DNA of 64,000 bases from an uncultured Sterolibacterium sp. (GTDB taxonomy: Bacteria; Pseudomonadota; Gammaproteobacteria; Burkholderiales; Rhodocyclaceae), in the NCBI GenBank assembly GCA_964521075.1, contig CAZFPI010000002.1, positions 4,548 through 68,547 of the forward strand. The letters are read 5' to 3'. The notes below the pieces were generated by a model. That model was not told where the DNA came from. It did no database searches and saw nothing but the letters and a program-made list of their open reading frames with translations. The position numbers were made by a program, and so were the translations under genes. The number at the start of each line of letters is the position of its first letter. The stretch's first letter is position 1. Of the stretch, positions 37,514 to 46,148 are shown in pieces.

Positions 37514-38857
37514 TCACCAGGCCCAGTACGGGCCCTGGCCGATGGAGGTGTTGCGGTTCTCGATGGCAACGAAAACATCGCGGCCAAAGAAGAAAGGCAA
37601 GCCCCAGTCGAAGCTGTTGCCGTCGAGCACTTCCGTCCCGCCAACCGTGACCGCCCGGACGGATGCCGACAGACGATCCGGATTCTCCAGCGCGAAGCTG
37701 ACAACCTTGCTGAGGCCGCTGCGCGTCAGCTGCGTGGCAGACAGATTCAGCAAGGACGGCGGACAATAAAAATCCGTGGCGCGGGAGCAAACGGGGATGG
37801 AGGTATCCATGAAAAACAGCGCATTCGAGCCACTGTCGATGAAGCTCGCCGTCATGGTGCGGCCCTTGTAGACCGTCGTGAAATTACCCCGCGCATCAGT
37901 GGCGAAAACCGTAGCACTCCCTGGCTGATTATTCGTCCCGGTTCCGATGCCGAAAATCAACGATCCGGCCAGCCGCGCCACCCCACCGGCAGGCACGGCG
38001 GGCAGACGCACCAGCACCCCGTTGTTGTTGCGCGAAAAAGCCGTCACCGGATTTTTCGCCTGGCGCGCGCGCGGCAGAGCCGTCGGTGTACAGGCATTCC
38101 CGCTGCAAGCGTAATACACCCCGGGAATCGCCCGGGCTTCGCACGCCACGCCGCAATCTTCCGCAAACAGGCCGATGCCCAGAATCCCCTTCGCCCCCAT
38201 CTCAGCCACCGTCCGCCAGCCGGGCCCCACACTGCTGCAATCGCCGGGGGCCACCTCTGGCACACTCGAATCCCCGATGATCTGGACGGGCAAGGCACTG
38301 GCCAGCTCGCCCGCAATCCGCACATCCGCCGAGCGCATGGCCCCCCAGGTATGCCCCGAGGCAAACTGGCCACAGGCACCGGCGAGTTGCCCGGAGGGGG
38401 TTCTGACTTCCGGCAAGGCCCAGGGAGCCGCCAGTGCCCGGCCGATCAGGCGCAAACCGGAAGAACCGGTATCAACCAGAACGTGGTCGATGGTCTGGCA
38501 GTTCTGGCTGCCCGGCACACAAACCGTCACATCGACAAATAGCGCATTGATCGAAGCACTGCCGAAGGGGCCGCCGTCGATGGAGATCGGTGCGACATTG
38601 GTGAGGGAATCTGGCGTGGGCGCAGGTGCGGGGGCAGGTGTCCCCGGTGCAGCGGGTGCATCGCTGCCGCCCCCGCCGCCATTGCAGGCTGCCAGTAAAA
38701 AACACAGTGCCCAGGCGGCAAGAAAGCCAAGGAAACGATGACTTATTCCGTTCGCCCTGAGCCTGTCGAAGGGAATCTCCTGTAATAACAAGGGCTTCGA
38801 CAAGCTCAGCCCGAACGGATCTGATTTAATCAGTGCCTCCCTAAAGCGCATCGGCAT
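37514..38857 (-). CDS. DUF3443-type lipoprotein with pepsin-like (A1 aspartic protease) signature motifs
   Basis: 447 aa with a lipobox (LLAAC at about residue 57). Motifs are VDTGSSGL (D129), GILGIGL (about 224), IDSGSNALFF (D341), and C-terminal LPFFFGRDVFV. The start is uncertain (ATG at 38857 or 38851), and the pre-signal extension is long. Confidence 0.7.
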   Translation of the reverse strand: MPMRFREALIKSDPFGLSLSKPLLLQEIPFDRLRANGISHRFLGFLAAWALCFLLAACNGGGGGSDAPAAPGTPAPAPAPTPDSLTNVAPISIDGGPFGSASINALFVDVTVCVPGSQNCQTIDHVLVDTGSSGLRLIGRALAAPWALPEVRTPSGQLAGACGQFASGHTWGAMRSADVRIAGELASALPVQIIGDSSVPEVAPGDCSSVGPGWRTVAEMGAKGILGIGLFAEDCGVACEARAIPGVYYACSGNACTPTALPRARQAKNPVTAFSRNNNGVLVRLPAVPAGGVARLAGSLIFGIGTGTNNQPGSATVFATDARGNFTTVYKGRTMTASFIDSGSNALFFMDTSIPVCSRATDFYCPPSLLNLSATQLTRSGLSKVVSFALENPDRLSASVRAVTVGGTEVLDGNSFDWGLPFFFGRDVFVAIENRNTSIGQGPYWAW

Positions 38858-38866
38858 CCTCCCGGC

Positions 38867-39313
38867 TCAGTGAATTCCGGCGGGATCAAACCCCGCAGGC
38901 AGCATGGCCGGTAACCACGCCCGCCCCGTGAAGGCGCGCATATGCCCCCCCGAGAACAGCACCAGATCAGGCCGCTGAATCACGACCTGCGAACGCCCGG
39001 CCATCGGCAGTCTGGCCGTCTCGGCGACAAAAACATCGAAATGACTCCCCAGCAATTCGCGCAGATCCGGCATGAACGGCCCGGCCCAGGCCAGCGCGAA
39101 CACCCGCCCGCCTGCCGCCACATACTCGTGCACCACGACACCATTGGCCCGGCTCGTCGTCTGTACGCTGTAATCCGCCCCGGCGGGCGTGGCGAAATGG
39201 CGGGTCTCGTCGCTGGCCCCAGGGGCATCGCCCAGGGCGGCCAGGCAGGTTCCCGCGAAAAGCGGCAAGCCCAGAAAGATCAGCAGCTGAAAAATGGAAC
39301 GCAGAAATGTCAC
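38867..39313 (-). CDS. DUF2844-like secreted protein
   Basis: 148 aa with a signal peptide (IFQLLIFLGLPLFAGTCLA). It lies 9 nt upstream of the DUF3443 gene. The family call is from memory of a recurrent DUF2844-DUF3443 pairing. Confidence 0.55.
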   Translation of the reverse strand: MTFLRSIFQLLIFLGLPLFAGTCLAALGDAPGASDETRHFATPAGADYSVQTTSRANGVVVHEYVAAGGRVFALAWAGPFMPDLRELLGSHFDVFVAETARLPMAGRSQVVIQRPDLVLFSGGHMRAFTGRAWLPAMLPAGFDPAGIH

Positions 39314-39475
39314 AAAAATCCCCTCGTCATCGGCCGATCCAAAGACATCAACAGGTGTGCATATTACGCCACAGCGTGACGCAATTCACGCAAGCCTGTT
39401 CTGCCTGCCACTAAAGTTATGCCCGCTCCAGACGTATGAGTAATCAAGACCGGACAAACATCAAAGGAGAACGAA

Positions 39476-39736
39476 ATGTTGCACCTGGCTCTGGCCTCCC
39501 AAAGCCCCTCCCGGCCAAGCTCGCAGGAAAAAGCGCGCGACGAACGCAGGAATCTGATTCCGCAACTGCACCGCCTGGCCGATGAGCTGGCCATCATCCT
39601 GCAATCCGGCCATGCCGCGCAAGCCCGCCAGCTGACCCGGCAACTGCTCATGCCCCCCATCGCCTGGGGCTTTCTCGCCGCCTGCCTGCAGAAAAAACAG
39701 ATCCCGGCAGAGATGATCGAAGGTTTGCTGTCCTGA
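39476..39736 (+). CDS. Small hypothetical protein (86 aa)
   Basis: It has a strong SD sequence (AAAGGAGAA) 7 nt before the ATG. I recognise no family. Confidence 0.35.
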   Translation: MLHLALASQSPSRPSSQEKARDERRNLIPQLHRLADELAIILQSGHAAQARQLTRQLLMPPIAWGFLAACLQKKQIPAEMIEGLLS

Positions 39737-39763
39737 GCATTCAGGCAGGCAACGATTCAGACG

Positions 39764-40810
39764 TCATGCCATAAGGGAACGGTAGCGGTATCGCCCGTCG
39801 GCATCCTGAAAACGCTCGAGCCTGCCTTGTCGGGCCAGATGTGTCAGATGCGCCAGTGCTTCGCCCATGGCCATCATCTCGTCCATGGGAGCGTCGATGG
39901 CGCGATGGGCAAAAAGCTGGCGGGAGGCTTCGTAAGCGGTGGGCGTGGCGGTGGCGCAAATCCGAAAGAGGGTGTCGAGCTGGTTTTGGTGGTGGCGGTG
40001 TAGCTGGGCCACGCGGGTGGCCAGGCCGCGATAGGGCAGGTCGTGGGAAGGCAGGATCAGCGTGTCTTCCGGGAGCTGGCTCAGACGATCCAGCGAATCG
40101 AACCAGCCAGCGAGCAGATCGGCTTCGGGTTCAGTCGGCAAGACGCTGACGTTGGAGGTGATGCGGGGCAAAAGCTGGTCACCGGCGATCAGCACGCCTT
40201 CTTCGGCGCAGTGGAGCAGCATGTGTTCGGTGACATGGCCTTCGCCCAGATGAAGTTGCCAGCTTCGCTCGCCCAGCCTGAGCGTTTCGCCATGACGCAG
40301 GCGGCGGAAGCTGGCGGGCGGATCGCTGACCAGTTTTCCGGCGGCGCAAAGCATGGCGTAGATGGCGGGCAGGCGGTCATCAGGCATGCCCGACCGGTAA
40401 AAATACTGCCGGTGCGCCCAGGGCAGTTCGTCGCCCTGCCGGGTGTGGGTGGCCAGAACACGCAGGGTGTAATACTCGCCGTGGCTGATGTAGAAGGGGA
40501 CTTGCAGCCGGTCGATGAGCCAGCCTGCAAGGCCCGCGTGGTCGAAGTGATGATGGGTGCACAACACGCCCGTGAGCGGGCAGCCCGCCAGCGGGCCGTC
40601 AAAGAGCTGCACCCACAGCTGGCGTGTGCGCTCGTCCCCGATGCCGGTGTCGACGAGCAGCCAGCCTCCATCATCGCGGATCAGGTAAAGGTTGATGTGG
40701 TCGAGGGCCAGCGGCAGCGGCATCCGCAGCCATTTGACGTTTGGCGTGAGATCGAACACCTCCACCCCGGGCCGGGGTGGTTCGGTGCAGGGGTAGTGCA
40801 GGGTGTCCAA
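39764..40810 (-). CDS. MBL-fold metallo-hydrolase
   Basis: 348 aa with the HxHxDH motif (LCTHHHFDHAG). It has a TTG start 2 nt after the upstream acyl-CoA dehydrogenase stop. Confidence 0.8.
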   Translation of the reverse strand: MDTLHYPCTEPPRPGVEVFDLTPNVKWLRMPLPLALDHINLYLIRDDGGWLLVDTGIGDERTRQLWVQLFDGPLAGCPLTGVLCTHHHFDHAGLAGWLIDRLQVPFYISHGEYYTLRVLATHTRQGDELPWAHRQYFYRSGMPDDRLPAIYAMLCAAGKLVSDPPASFRRLRHGETLRLGERSWQLHLGEGHVTEHMLLHCAEEGVLIAGDQLLPRITSNVSVLPTEPEADLLAGWFDSLDRLSQLPEDTLILPSHDLPYRGLATRVAQLHRHHQNQLDTLFRICATATPTAYEASRQLFAHRAIDAPMDEMMAMGEALAHLTHLARQGRLERFQDADGRYRYRSLMA

Positions 40811-40812
40811 AC

Positions 40813-41988
40813 TCAGCGCGAACGCGGCATACGAAGGCCAAACTGGGCGATGAGATCACGCTGGAGTTCGTTCACGCCACCGCCGAAGGTGTTGATGGTG
40901 GCGGCGCGGTACTCTTCTTCGAGCAGCCCCTTGAATTCCGCCGCTTCGCTGCCGAGGCGATACAGGCCGCCCATGCCGAGAATTTCCAGCAGGCGACGGA
41001 AGACGAAGATCATGGTTTCGGAACCATAGACCTTGGAGGCCGAGGCCAGGCCGACATCCATGCGACCGGCGTTCAGGTCGCAGGAGATGCGGTAGTTGAG
41101 CAGACGCATGGCTTCGATCTGGCTGTAGGCTTCGGCCAGGGCGCGGCGAACCCAGGGCTCGTCGACGGCGCGACGGCCGTTTTCGTCCGGTGTCTTGGCC
41201 CAGGCGAGCACTTTCTGGAAGGCCCCCGTCGCCTTGACGCCGAACGCGCCGAGGCCGACACGTTCATGATTGAGCTGCGAGGTGATGAGCTTCCAGCCGC
41301 CGTGAAGCTGCCCAACCAGCATGTTGGCGGGCACTTTGACGTTGTCGTAGTAGGTGGCGTTGGTGCGGTGGCCGACGGTGTGGATGGGCGTGAGCGAATA
41401 GCCGGGCAGTTTCGTGTCGACGATGAGGATGGAAATGCCTTTGTGGCGTTTTTCCTCCGGATGGGTGCGGCAGGCGAGCCAGATGTAGTCGGCCGATTCG
41501 GCATCGGAAGTGAAAAGCTTGCTGCCGTTGACGACGAAGTGGTCGCCTTCCTGCACCGCGCTGGTGGAGAGCGTGGCCAGATCCGTACCCGCATTGCCTT
41601 CGGTGTAGCCGATGGCGAAATGCAGTTCGCCCGCAGCGATGCCGGGCAGGAATTTTTTCTTGTGCTCTTCGGAGCCGTTGGCCATGAGGGCCGGGCCGAC
41701 GGTGTTGACCGTCACGAAGGGGAGGGTTGCGCCGGCCAGAAACACTTCTTCGAAGAAGATGAGCTGTTCGATCGGCGTGTAGCCACGGCCGCCGTATTCC
41801 TTGGGCCAGCCGACGGCCAGCCAGCCGTCACGGCCCATCTGGCGGCAGAGGTTCTTGTAGGCTTCATGACGTTCGTCGCCGTCTTCACGACGCAGGGCGA
41901 CGCGAATTTCTTCGGTCATGATCTTGTTGAAATAGGCGCGGATTTCCTTGCGTAGCGCCTTTTGTTCCGGGGTCAAATCGACAAACAT
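40813..41988 (-). CDS. Acyl-CoA dehydrogenase (ChsE/FadE-like subunit retaining the C-terminal catalytic-Glu motif)
   Basis: 391 aa. Sequence includes IGYTEGNAGTDLA...VVNGSKLFTS... and the C-terminal FGGGVNELQRDLIA. Confidence 0.85.
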   Translation of the reverse strand: MFVDLTPEQKALRKEIRAYFNKIMTEEIRVALRREDGDERHEAYKNLCRQMGRDGWLAVGWPKEYGGRGYTPIEQLIFFEEVFLAGATLPFVTVNTVGPALMANGSEEHKKKFLPGIAAGELHFAIGYTEGNAGTDLATLSTSAVQEGDHFVVNGSKLFTSDAESADYIWLACRTHPEEKRHKGISILIVDTKLPGYSLTPIHTVGHRTNATYYDNVKVPANMLVGQLHGGWKLITSQLNHERVGLGAFGVKATGAFQKVLAWAKTPDENGRRAVDEPWVRRALAEAYSQIEAMRLLNYRISCDLNAGRMDVGLASASKVYGSETMIFVFRRLLEILGMGGLYRLGSEAAEFKGLLEEEYRAATINTFGGGVNELQRDLIAQFGLRMPRSR

Positions 41989-42030
41989 GTTTGATCTTTC
42001 GCGGTCAGGTTGGGCCAGTTGGCAAGGGAA

Positions 42031-43143
42031 TCAGAGTTCGACGCCGACGGTTTCCGGCTTCGCCAGCCAGTCGCCCAGGGCTTGCAGGTCGGCTGTCGCG
42101 CCGCCTAACGAGAGCTCCAGCGCGCGGCTCCAGTAGAGGAAACGGTGGATCGGGTAGCTCACGTCGGAGCCCATGCCGCCGTGCATGTGGGAGCAGGCGT
42201 GGGAGACGCGATGGGCGCATTCGCAGGCCCAGTATTTGGCAACACGCGCCGCACCTTCGGCTTCGAGCCCGTTGTCCAGTCGCCAGCACAGTTGCCAGAG
42301 GGTCGAGCGCAGGGCTTCGATGTCGATGTAGCAGTCTGCCGAACGCGCGCCGATGACCTGGAAGCTGCCGATGGGGCGGTCGAACTGGATACGCTGGCTG
42401 GTGTATTCGACGGTGCGGCGCAGGTCTTCGGCGGCCACCCCGAGTTGCAGCGCGGCCAGGCAGGCCAGCGCGCGCTGTTCCAGCCAGGGCAAGGCTTCAG
42501 GCGGCAGGGCGTGGTCGTTGCCCACGAGTGCCGATTTGAAAATCAGGTCGGCGGCGGGTTCGGCGTGGGTCAGCATGCCTTTCGTCTTTTCGATGCCCGG
42601 GGTCGTGGATTCGATGATGAACAGGCGCGCGCCTTCTGGGGTTTCGGCGGCAACGATCGCAAGCTGTGCCGTAGCACCCAGCGGCACGGCGACGGCGCGG
42701 CCATCGAGCTGCCAGCCCTGCGGCGTGAGCCGGGCTTGCAGGGGCTGGCCACGCGAGGCCGAAAGGCCGTCGAGGGAGAGCGTGGCCAGTGCCGTGCCCG
42801 CCAGCAGTTTTTCCAGCCAGGCGGCCTTGAGCGAAGCCGGGGCGAATTTCGCCAGCGCGGCGGTGGCAAGCTGCTGACGCCACAGCGGAACGGGGGCGAC
42901 GAAGCGGCCTTGCTGTTCGAGGGCGAGCATGAGTTCGGTCATGCCCAGCCCGCTACCGCCGTCGGCTTCGGGGAGGGTCAGGCCCAGCAGGCCGGTTTCG
43001 GCGAGCTGTTGCCAGAGGGCTGCGTCGTAGTCCTTGCCGCTATCCCAGAAGGCACGAATCTGGTCGTCGTTGCAGTAGTCGGCGAACACGCTGCCCGCCA
43101 TGTCGGCGATGGCGCGTTGTTCTTCGCTGAAATCGAAATTCAT
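42031..43143 (-). CDS. Acyl-CoA dehydrogenase family protein (second, divergent subunit)
   Basis: 370 aa from the internal ATG (MNFDFSEEQRAIADM...). The equivalent C-terminal motif reads LGGATADLQAL, with no Glu at the aligned position by eye. Confidence 0.8.
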   Translation of the reverse strand: MNFDFSEEQRAIADMAGSVFADYCNDDQIRAFWDSGKDYDAALWQQLAETGLLGLTLPEADGGSGLGMTELMLALEQQGRFVAPVPLWRQQLATAALAKFAPASLKAAWLEKLLAGTALATLSLDGLSASRGQPLQARLTPQGWQLDGRAVAVPLGATAQLAIVAAETPEGARLFIIESTTPGIEKTKGMLTHAEPAADLIFKSALVGNDHALPPEALPWLEQRALACLAALQLGVAAEDLRRTVEYTSQRIQFDRPIGSFQVIGARSADCYIDIEALRSTLWQLCWRLDNGLEAEGAARVAKYWACECAHRVSHACSHMHGGMGSDVSYPIHRFLYWSRALELSLGGATADLQALGDWLAKPETVGVEL

Positions 43144-43302
43144 ATCGATGATCCTTGTTGATGTTCCGCTTGACACCGTTCGCCCCGTAGGGGCAACCTT
43201 TACGGTTGCCCTTGCCAAAGGAAGCCCCCCTCTCGAGGGTTCCCTTCGGTCACAGGCGCAGCCCGAACGGGAAAGGTACTGCGCGCTTGCGTCACCCGCC
43301 GC

Positions 43303-44481
43303 TTACATTCTGCCCAGAATCGCCCCGCCCGTCGGCACGCCGACGCCGGAGGTGACGAGTGCGTGTTTCACGTCCTTCTTCGGTTGATTGACCGAGGTGC
43401 CACGGACCAGGCGCGTGGCTTCGACGATGCCATTAACACCGTGAATGTAGGCCTCCGACAATTGACCGCCGTGGGTGTTGGTCGGCAGGCGGCCATTCGG
43501 GCGCAGATTGCCGTCGAGCACGAACTTCGCCGCTTCGCCGAATTCACAGAAGCCCCAGGATTCGAGCTGCATCAGGACGATGGAGGAGAAGGCGTCATAA
43601 ATGACGGCGGCGTCGATGTCCTTCGCGCTCAAACCGCACTGGGCGTAGGCGTGTTTGGCGGCGATGTCCATTTCGGGGATGCGGCCGATTTCGGCGCGGT
43701 AGAAGGAGGTCATCTCCTCCTGATCCTTGGGCGAACACTGGGCCACACCGTTGATGAGCACACCGGGCTGTTTGAGGTCGCGGGCGCGCTCGGGAGTGGT
43801 GACGATCACTGCAGAGCCGCCGTCGCTTTCCTGGCAGCAGTCAAAGAGACGCAGCGGGTCGCAGATGCGGCGGGCGTTGTTGTAATCAGCACGGGTGAAG
43901 GGCTGGTTGTAGAAGAAGGCCGCCGGGTTCTTGACGGCGTATTCACGCGTGGTGTGGGCGATTTCGAACAGGGCGTCTTCGGTGCAGCCGGTCAGGTGCA
44001 TGTAACGCTGGGTGTACATGGCGACCCAGGAGGTCGGGGTAAGCAGGCCGTAGGGCGTGTACCAGCCGTAGTGGATCGCGCTGCCGGTAATCAGCGAGCC
44101 GGACACGCCTGCCGAGTAGCGGTGGCCCGAACGGCCATTGAGCGCGCGGTAGCAGACCACCACTTCGGCCATGCCGGTGGCGACTGCCATGGCCGCCTGC
44201 AGCAGTGTGCCGGTGGCAGCCCCGCCGCCGTAAGGCACGCGGGAGAAGAAGCTCAGGTCGTTGCAGCCGAGCGCGCGGGCGACGTCGACCTCTTCGTTCT
44301 GGTCCATGGTGAAGGTCACCATGCCGTCGACGTCGGAAGCCTTGAGGCCAGCGTCGTCGAGCGCGGCGCGAACGGCTTCGGCGGCGAGCGACAGCTCCGA
44401 GCGGCCGGAGTTCTTGGAGAATTCCGTCGAGCCGATGCCGACGATGGCGGATTTATTGGCGATATTGGCAACCATGTTCAA
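43303..44481 (-). CDS. SCP-x / Ltp-type thiolase-fold protein (Ltp2-like aldolase/thiolase)
   Basis: 392 aa. Sequence includes IVGIGSTEFSKNSGRS...GGGAATGTLLQAAMAV... and the C-terminal THGGQLSEAYIHGVNG. It overlaps the upstream MaoC gene by 4 nt. Confidence 0.8.
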   Translation of the reverse strand: MNMVANIANKSAIVGIGSTEFSKNSGRSELSLAAEAVRAALDDAGLKASDVDGMVTFTMDQNEEVDVARALGCNDLSFFSRVPYGGGAATGTLLQAAMAVATGMAEVVVCYRALNGRSGHRYSAGVSGSLITGSAIHYGWYTPYGLLTPTSWVAMYTQRYMHLTGCTEDALFEIAHTTREYAVKNPAAFFYNQPFTRADYNNARRICDPLRLFDCCQESDGGSAVIVTTPERARDLKQPGVLINGVAQCSPKDQEEMTSFYRAEIGRIPEMDIAAKHAYAQCGLSAKDIDAAVIYDAFSSIVLMQLESWGFCEFGEAAKFVLDGNLRPNGRLPTNTHGGQLSEAYIHGVNGIVEATRLVRGTSVNQPKKDVKHALVTSGVGVPTGGAILGRM

Positions 44482-44906
44482 GCCTCCTTGGGCAGGGCGA
44501 CTCGCACCGTGCCGTTCATATGCGTGCCCCAGACGTTATTCACTCCTTCCACCGCGACCGAGACCACGCCGGTGGCGTCATCCTTGGCCTTGACTTCGCC
44601 GGTGATGGTCATGACGAAACCGGGCAGATTAGGGGCACCCAGCTTGATGTCGATGCCTTTCAACGTCGAGTCCGGGCCGGCCCAGTCGGTGACGAAGCGG
44701 CCCATGAAGCCGTTGCTGGTGATGATGTTCATGAAGACATCGGAAAGCCCGGTGGCCTGGGCAACTTTCTTGTCGTGGTGCACGGGCGTGAAATCGCGCG
44801 AAGCCAGGGCAGAGCCGATGATGAGGCCGGAGGTGATGTCGATCTTCAACTCGGGCAGCTTGTCGCCGACTTTCACCTGGCCGTATTTCAGGGTATTCAG
44901 ATTCAT
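44478..44906 (-). CDS. MaoC-like (R)-hydratase hot-dog subunit (ChsH1-like)
   Basis: 142 aa. Sequence includes ASRDFTPVHHDKKVAQATGLSDVFMNIITSNGF. Confidence 0.75.
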   Translation of the reverse strand: MNLNTLKYGQVKVGDKLPELKIDITSGLIIGSALASRDFTPVHHDKKVAQATGLSDVFMNIITSNGFMGRFVTDWAGPDSTLKGIDIKLGAPNLPGFVMTITGEVKAKDDATGVVSVAVEGVNNVWGTHMNGTVRVALPKEA

Positions 44907-44924
44907 GATGTTTTCTCTCCGTAA

Positions 44925-45890
44925 TCAGGCCAGATAGAACTGTGGCAGCCAGGTCTTTTCATCTACCTTTTCGACCTTGCCCTTGACCTTCATGCCGATC
45001 TTGATGGCTTCCGGCTCGCAGCCAACGAGGTTGGCGACGAGGTTCGTGCCTTCGGAGAGCTTCACGACGGCGCAGATGAGCGGGTAGGGGTAGCCCGGGA
45101 ATTTCGGGTAGTGCATCTGGGTGAAGCTGATGATCTCGCCTTCGAGTTTCGATTCGATCGAATCCCATTCGGTGGACTGGCATTCGCCGCACATCGGGCG
45201 CGGTGGGTGGCGCAGGGTGTTGCAGCTCTTGCAACGCTGGATCAGGAGTTTGCCGGCATCGACGGCTTCCCACCACCAGGCGTTGTCGTGGCCACGCGGC
45301 GAGGCAATGCGGGTGGCCACGGCGGGCGTGGCATCGGCTTCAGAAGCAGCGGCCGGGGCGGCATCGGCATTGGGGATGAATTTCAGGCAGCGGAAGACCT
45401 GACGGCCGACTTCTTCCTTGTTCTGGTCGGTGAAGGTGGTGGTCGTCTCGATGAAGTAGCCCACGCCACGCTGTGTTGCCTTGGGTTCGGAGATGCTGGA
45501 GATGATGGTGTGGGCAAACACCTGGTCATCCGGACGCAGATCGCGGAAGTATTCGCTGTTGGTGTTGGTGCCGAGCACGCCGGTAAAGCCATGGGCATCG
45601 AAAACATTGTGCAGTTCGCGTTGCAGGTCGACGGCCGGCTTCTGGCACATGGGGTAGCCTTCCATGCTCCAGATCTGCAGCATGGTCGGCGGCGCGATGA
45701 TGCCTTTTTTGCCTGACTTCGCCGCTGCGGCCTCGTCGGTATAGACGGGGTTTTCGTCACCCGTGACTTCAGCCCAGTGACGGATCATGGCTTTGTTGAC
45801 ATCATCCTTGCCGCGCTTTGGCGCGCCAAGTTCCCGGCCGACATAGGCACGAATCTTTTCTTCAAACGCCTTGGTTTCTTCAGGAGTCAT
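44925..45890 (-). CDS. MaoC-N-like hot-dog domain fused to DUF35 zinc-ribbon/OB-fold domain (ChsH2-like architecture)
   Basis: 321 aa. The N-terminal part includes IRHWAEVTGDENPVYTD. An Ala-rich linker follows. The DUF35 part has CKSCNTLRHPPRPMCGECQS plus an OB fold (ISFTQMHYP...VVKLSEG...GMKVKG). Confidence 0.75.
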   Translation of the reverse strand: MTPEETKAFEEKIRAYVGRELGAPKRGKDDVNKAMIRHWAEVTGDENPVYTDEAAAAKSGKKGIIAPPTMLQIWSMEGYPMCQKPAVDLQRELHNVFDAHGFTGVLGTNTNSEYFRDLRPDDQVFAHTIISSISEPKATQRGVGYFIETTTTFTDQNKEEVGRQVFRCLKFIPNADAAPAAASEADATPAVATRIASPRGHDNAWWWEAVDAGKLLIQRCKSCNTLRHPPRPMCGECQSTEWDSIESKLEGEIISFTQMHYPKFPGYPYPLICAVVKLSEGTNLVANLVGCEPEAIKIGMKVKGKVEKVDEKTWLPQFYLA

Positions 45891-46094
45891 GGTTCATTTC
45901 CCGGTAAGTCAAAGAGGGGCAATTTCATGGATACGAAAGCATACCCAAGTAACGCCAGGGTGCGTCTGAATCTACGCGAATCCCCCTGCAGGCTCCTCGT
46001 CTGATCGGACGATACCTGTGGAAGGCGAGTAACCCTGCTTCAAACAAGGTCACACAACCCGAATCATCCGTAATAAACTCCGCAGGCTGTTTTT

Positions 46095-46112
46095 TTGGCA
46101 AACACTTGCCAA
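46095..46112. promoter_or_regulatory. Perfect palindrome TTGGCAA-ACAC-TTGCCAA upstream of the TonB-dependent receptor gene
   Basis: A 7-bp inverted repeat with a 4-bp spacer, 37 bp upstream of the proposed TTG start at 46149. It is a candidate operator with no known cognate regulator. Confidence 0.3.
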
Positions 46113-46148
46113 CTGCCTGTTTCCTCCCCCGAATCTCAGGAGAATCCC

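Noticed and set aside
46096-46110. Sigma-54 promoter (TGGCAA-N4-TTGCC)
   Set aside because: The spacing between the GG and GC elements is one nucleotide shorter than the TGGCAC-N5-TTGC consensus. It is reported instead as a palindromic operator candidate.
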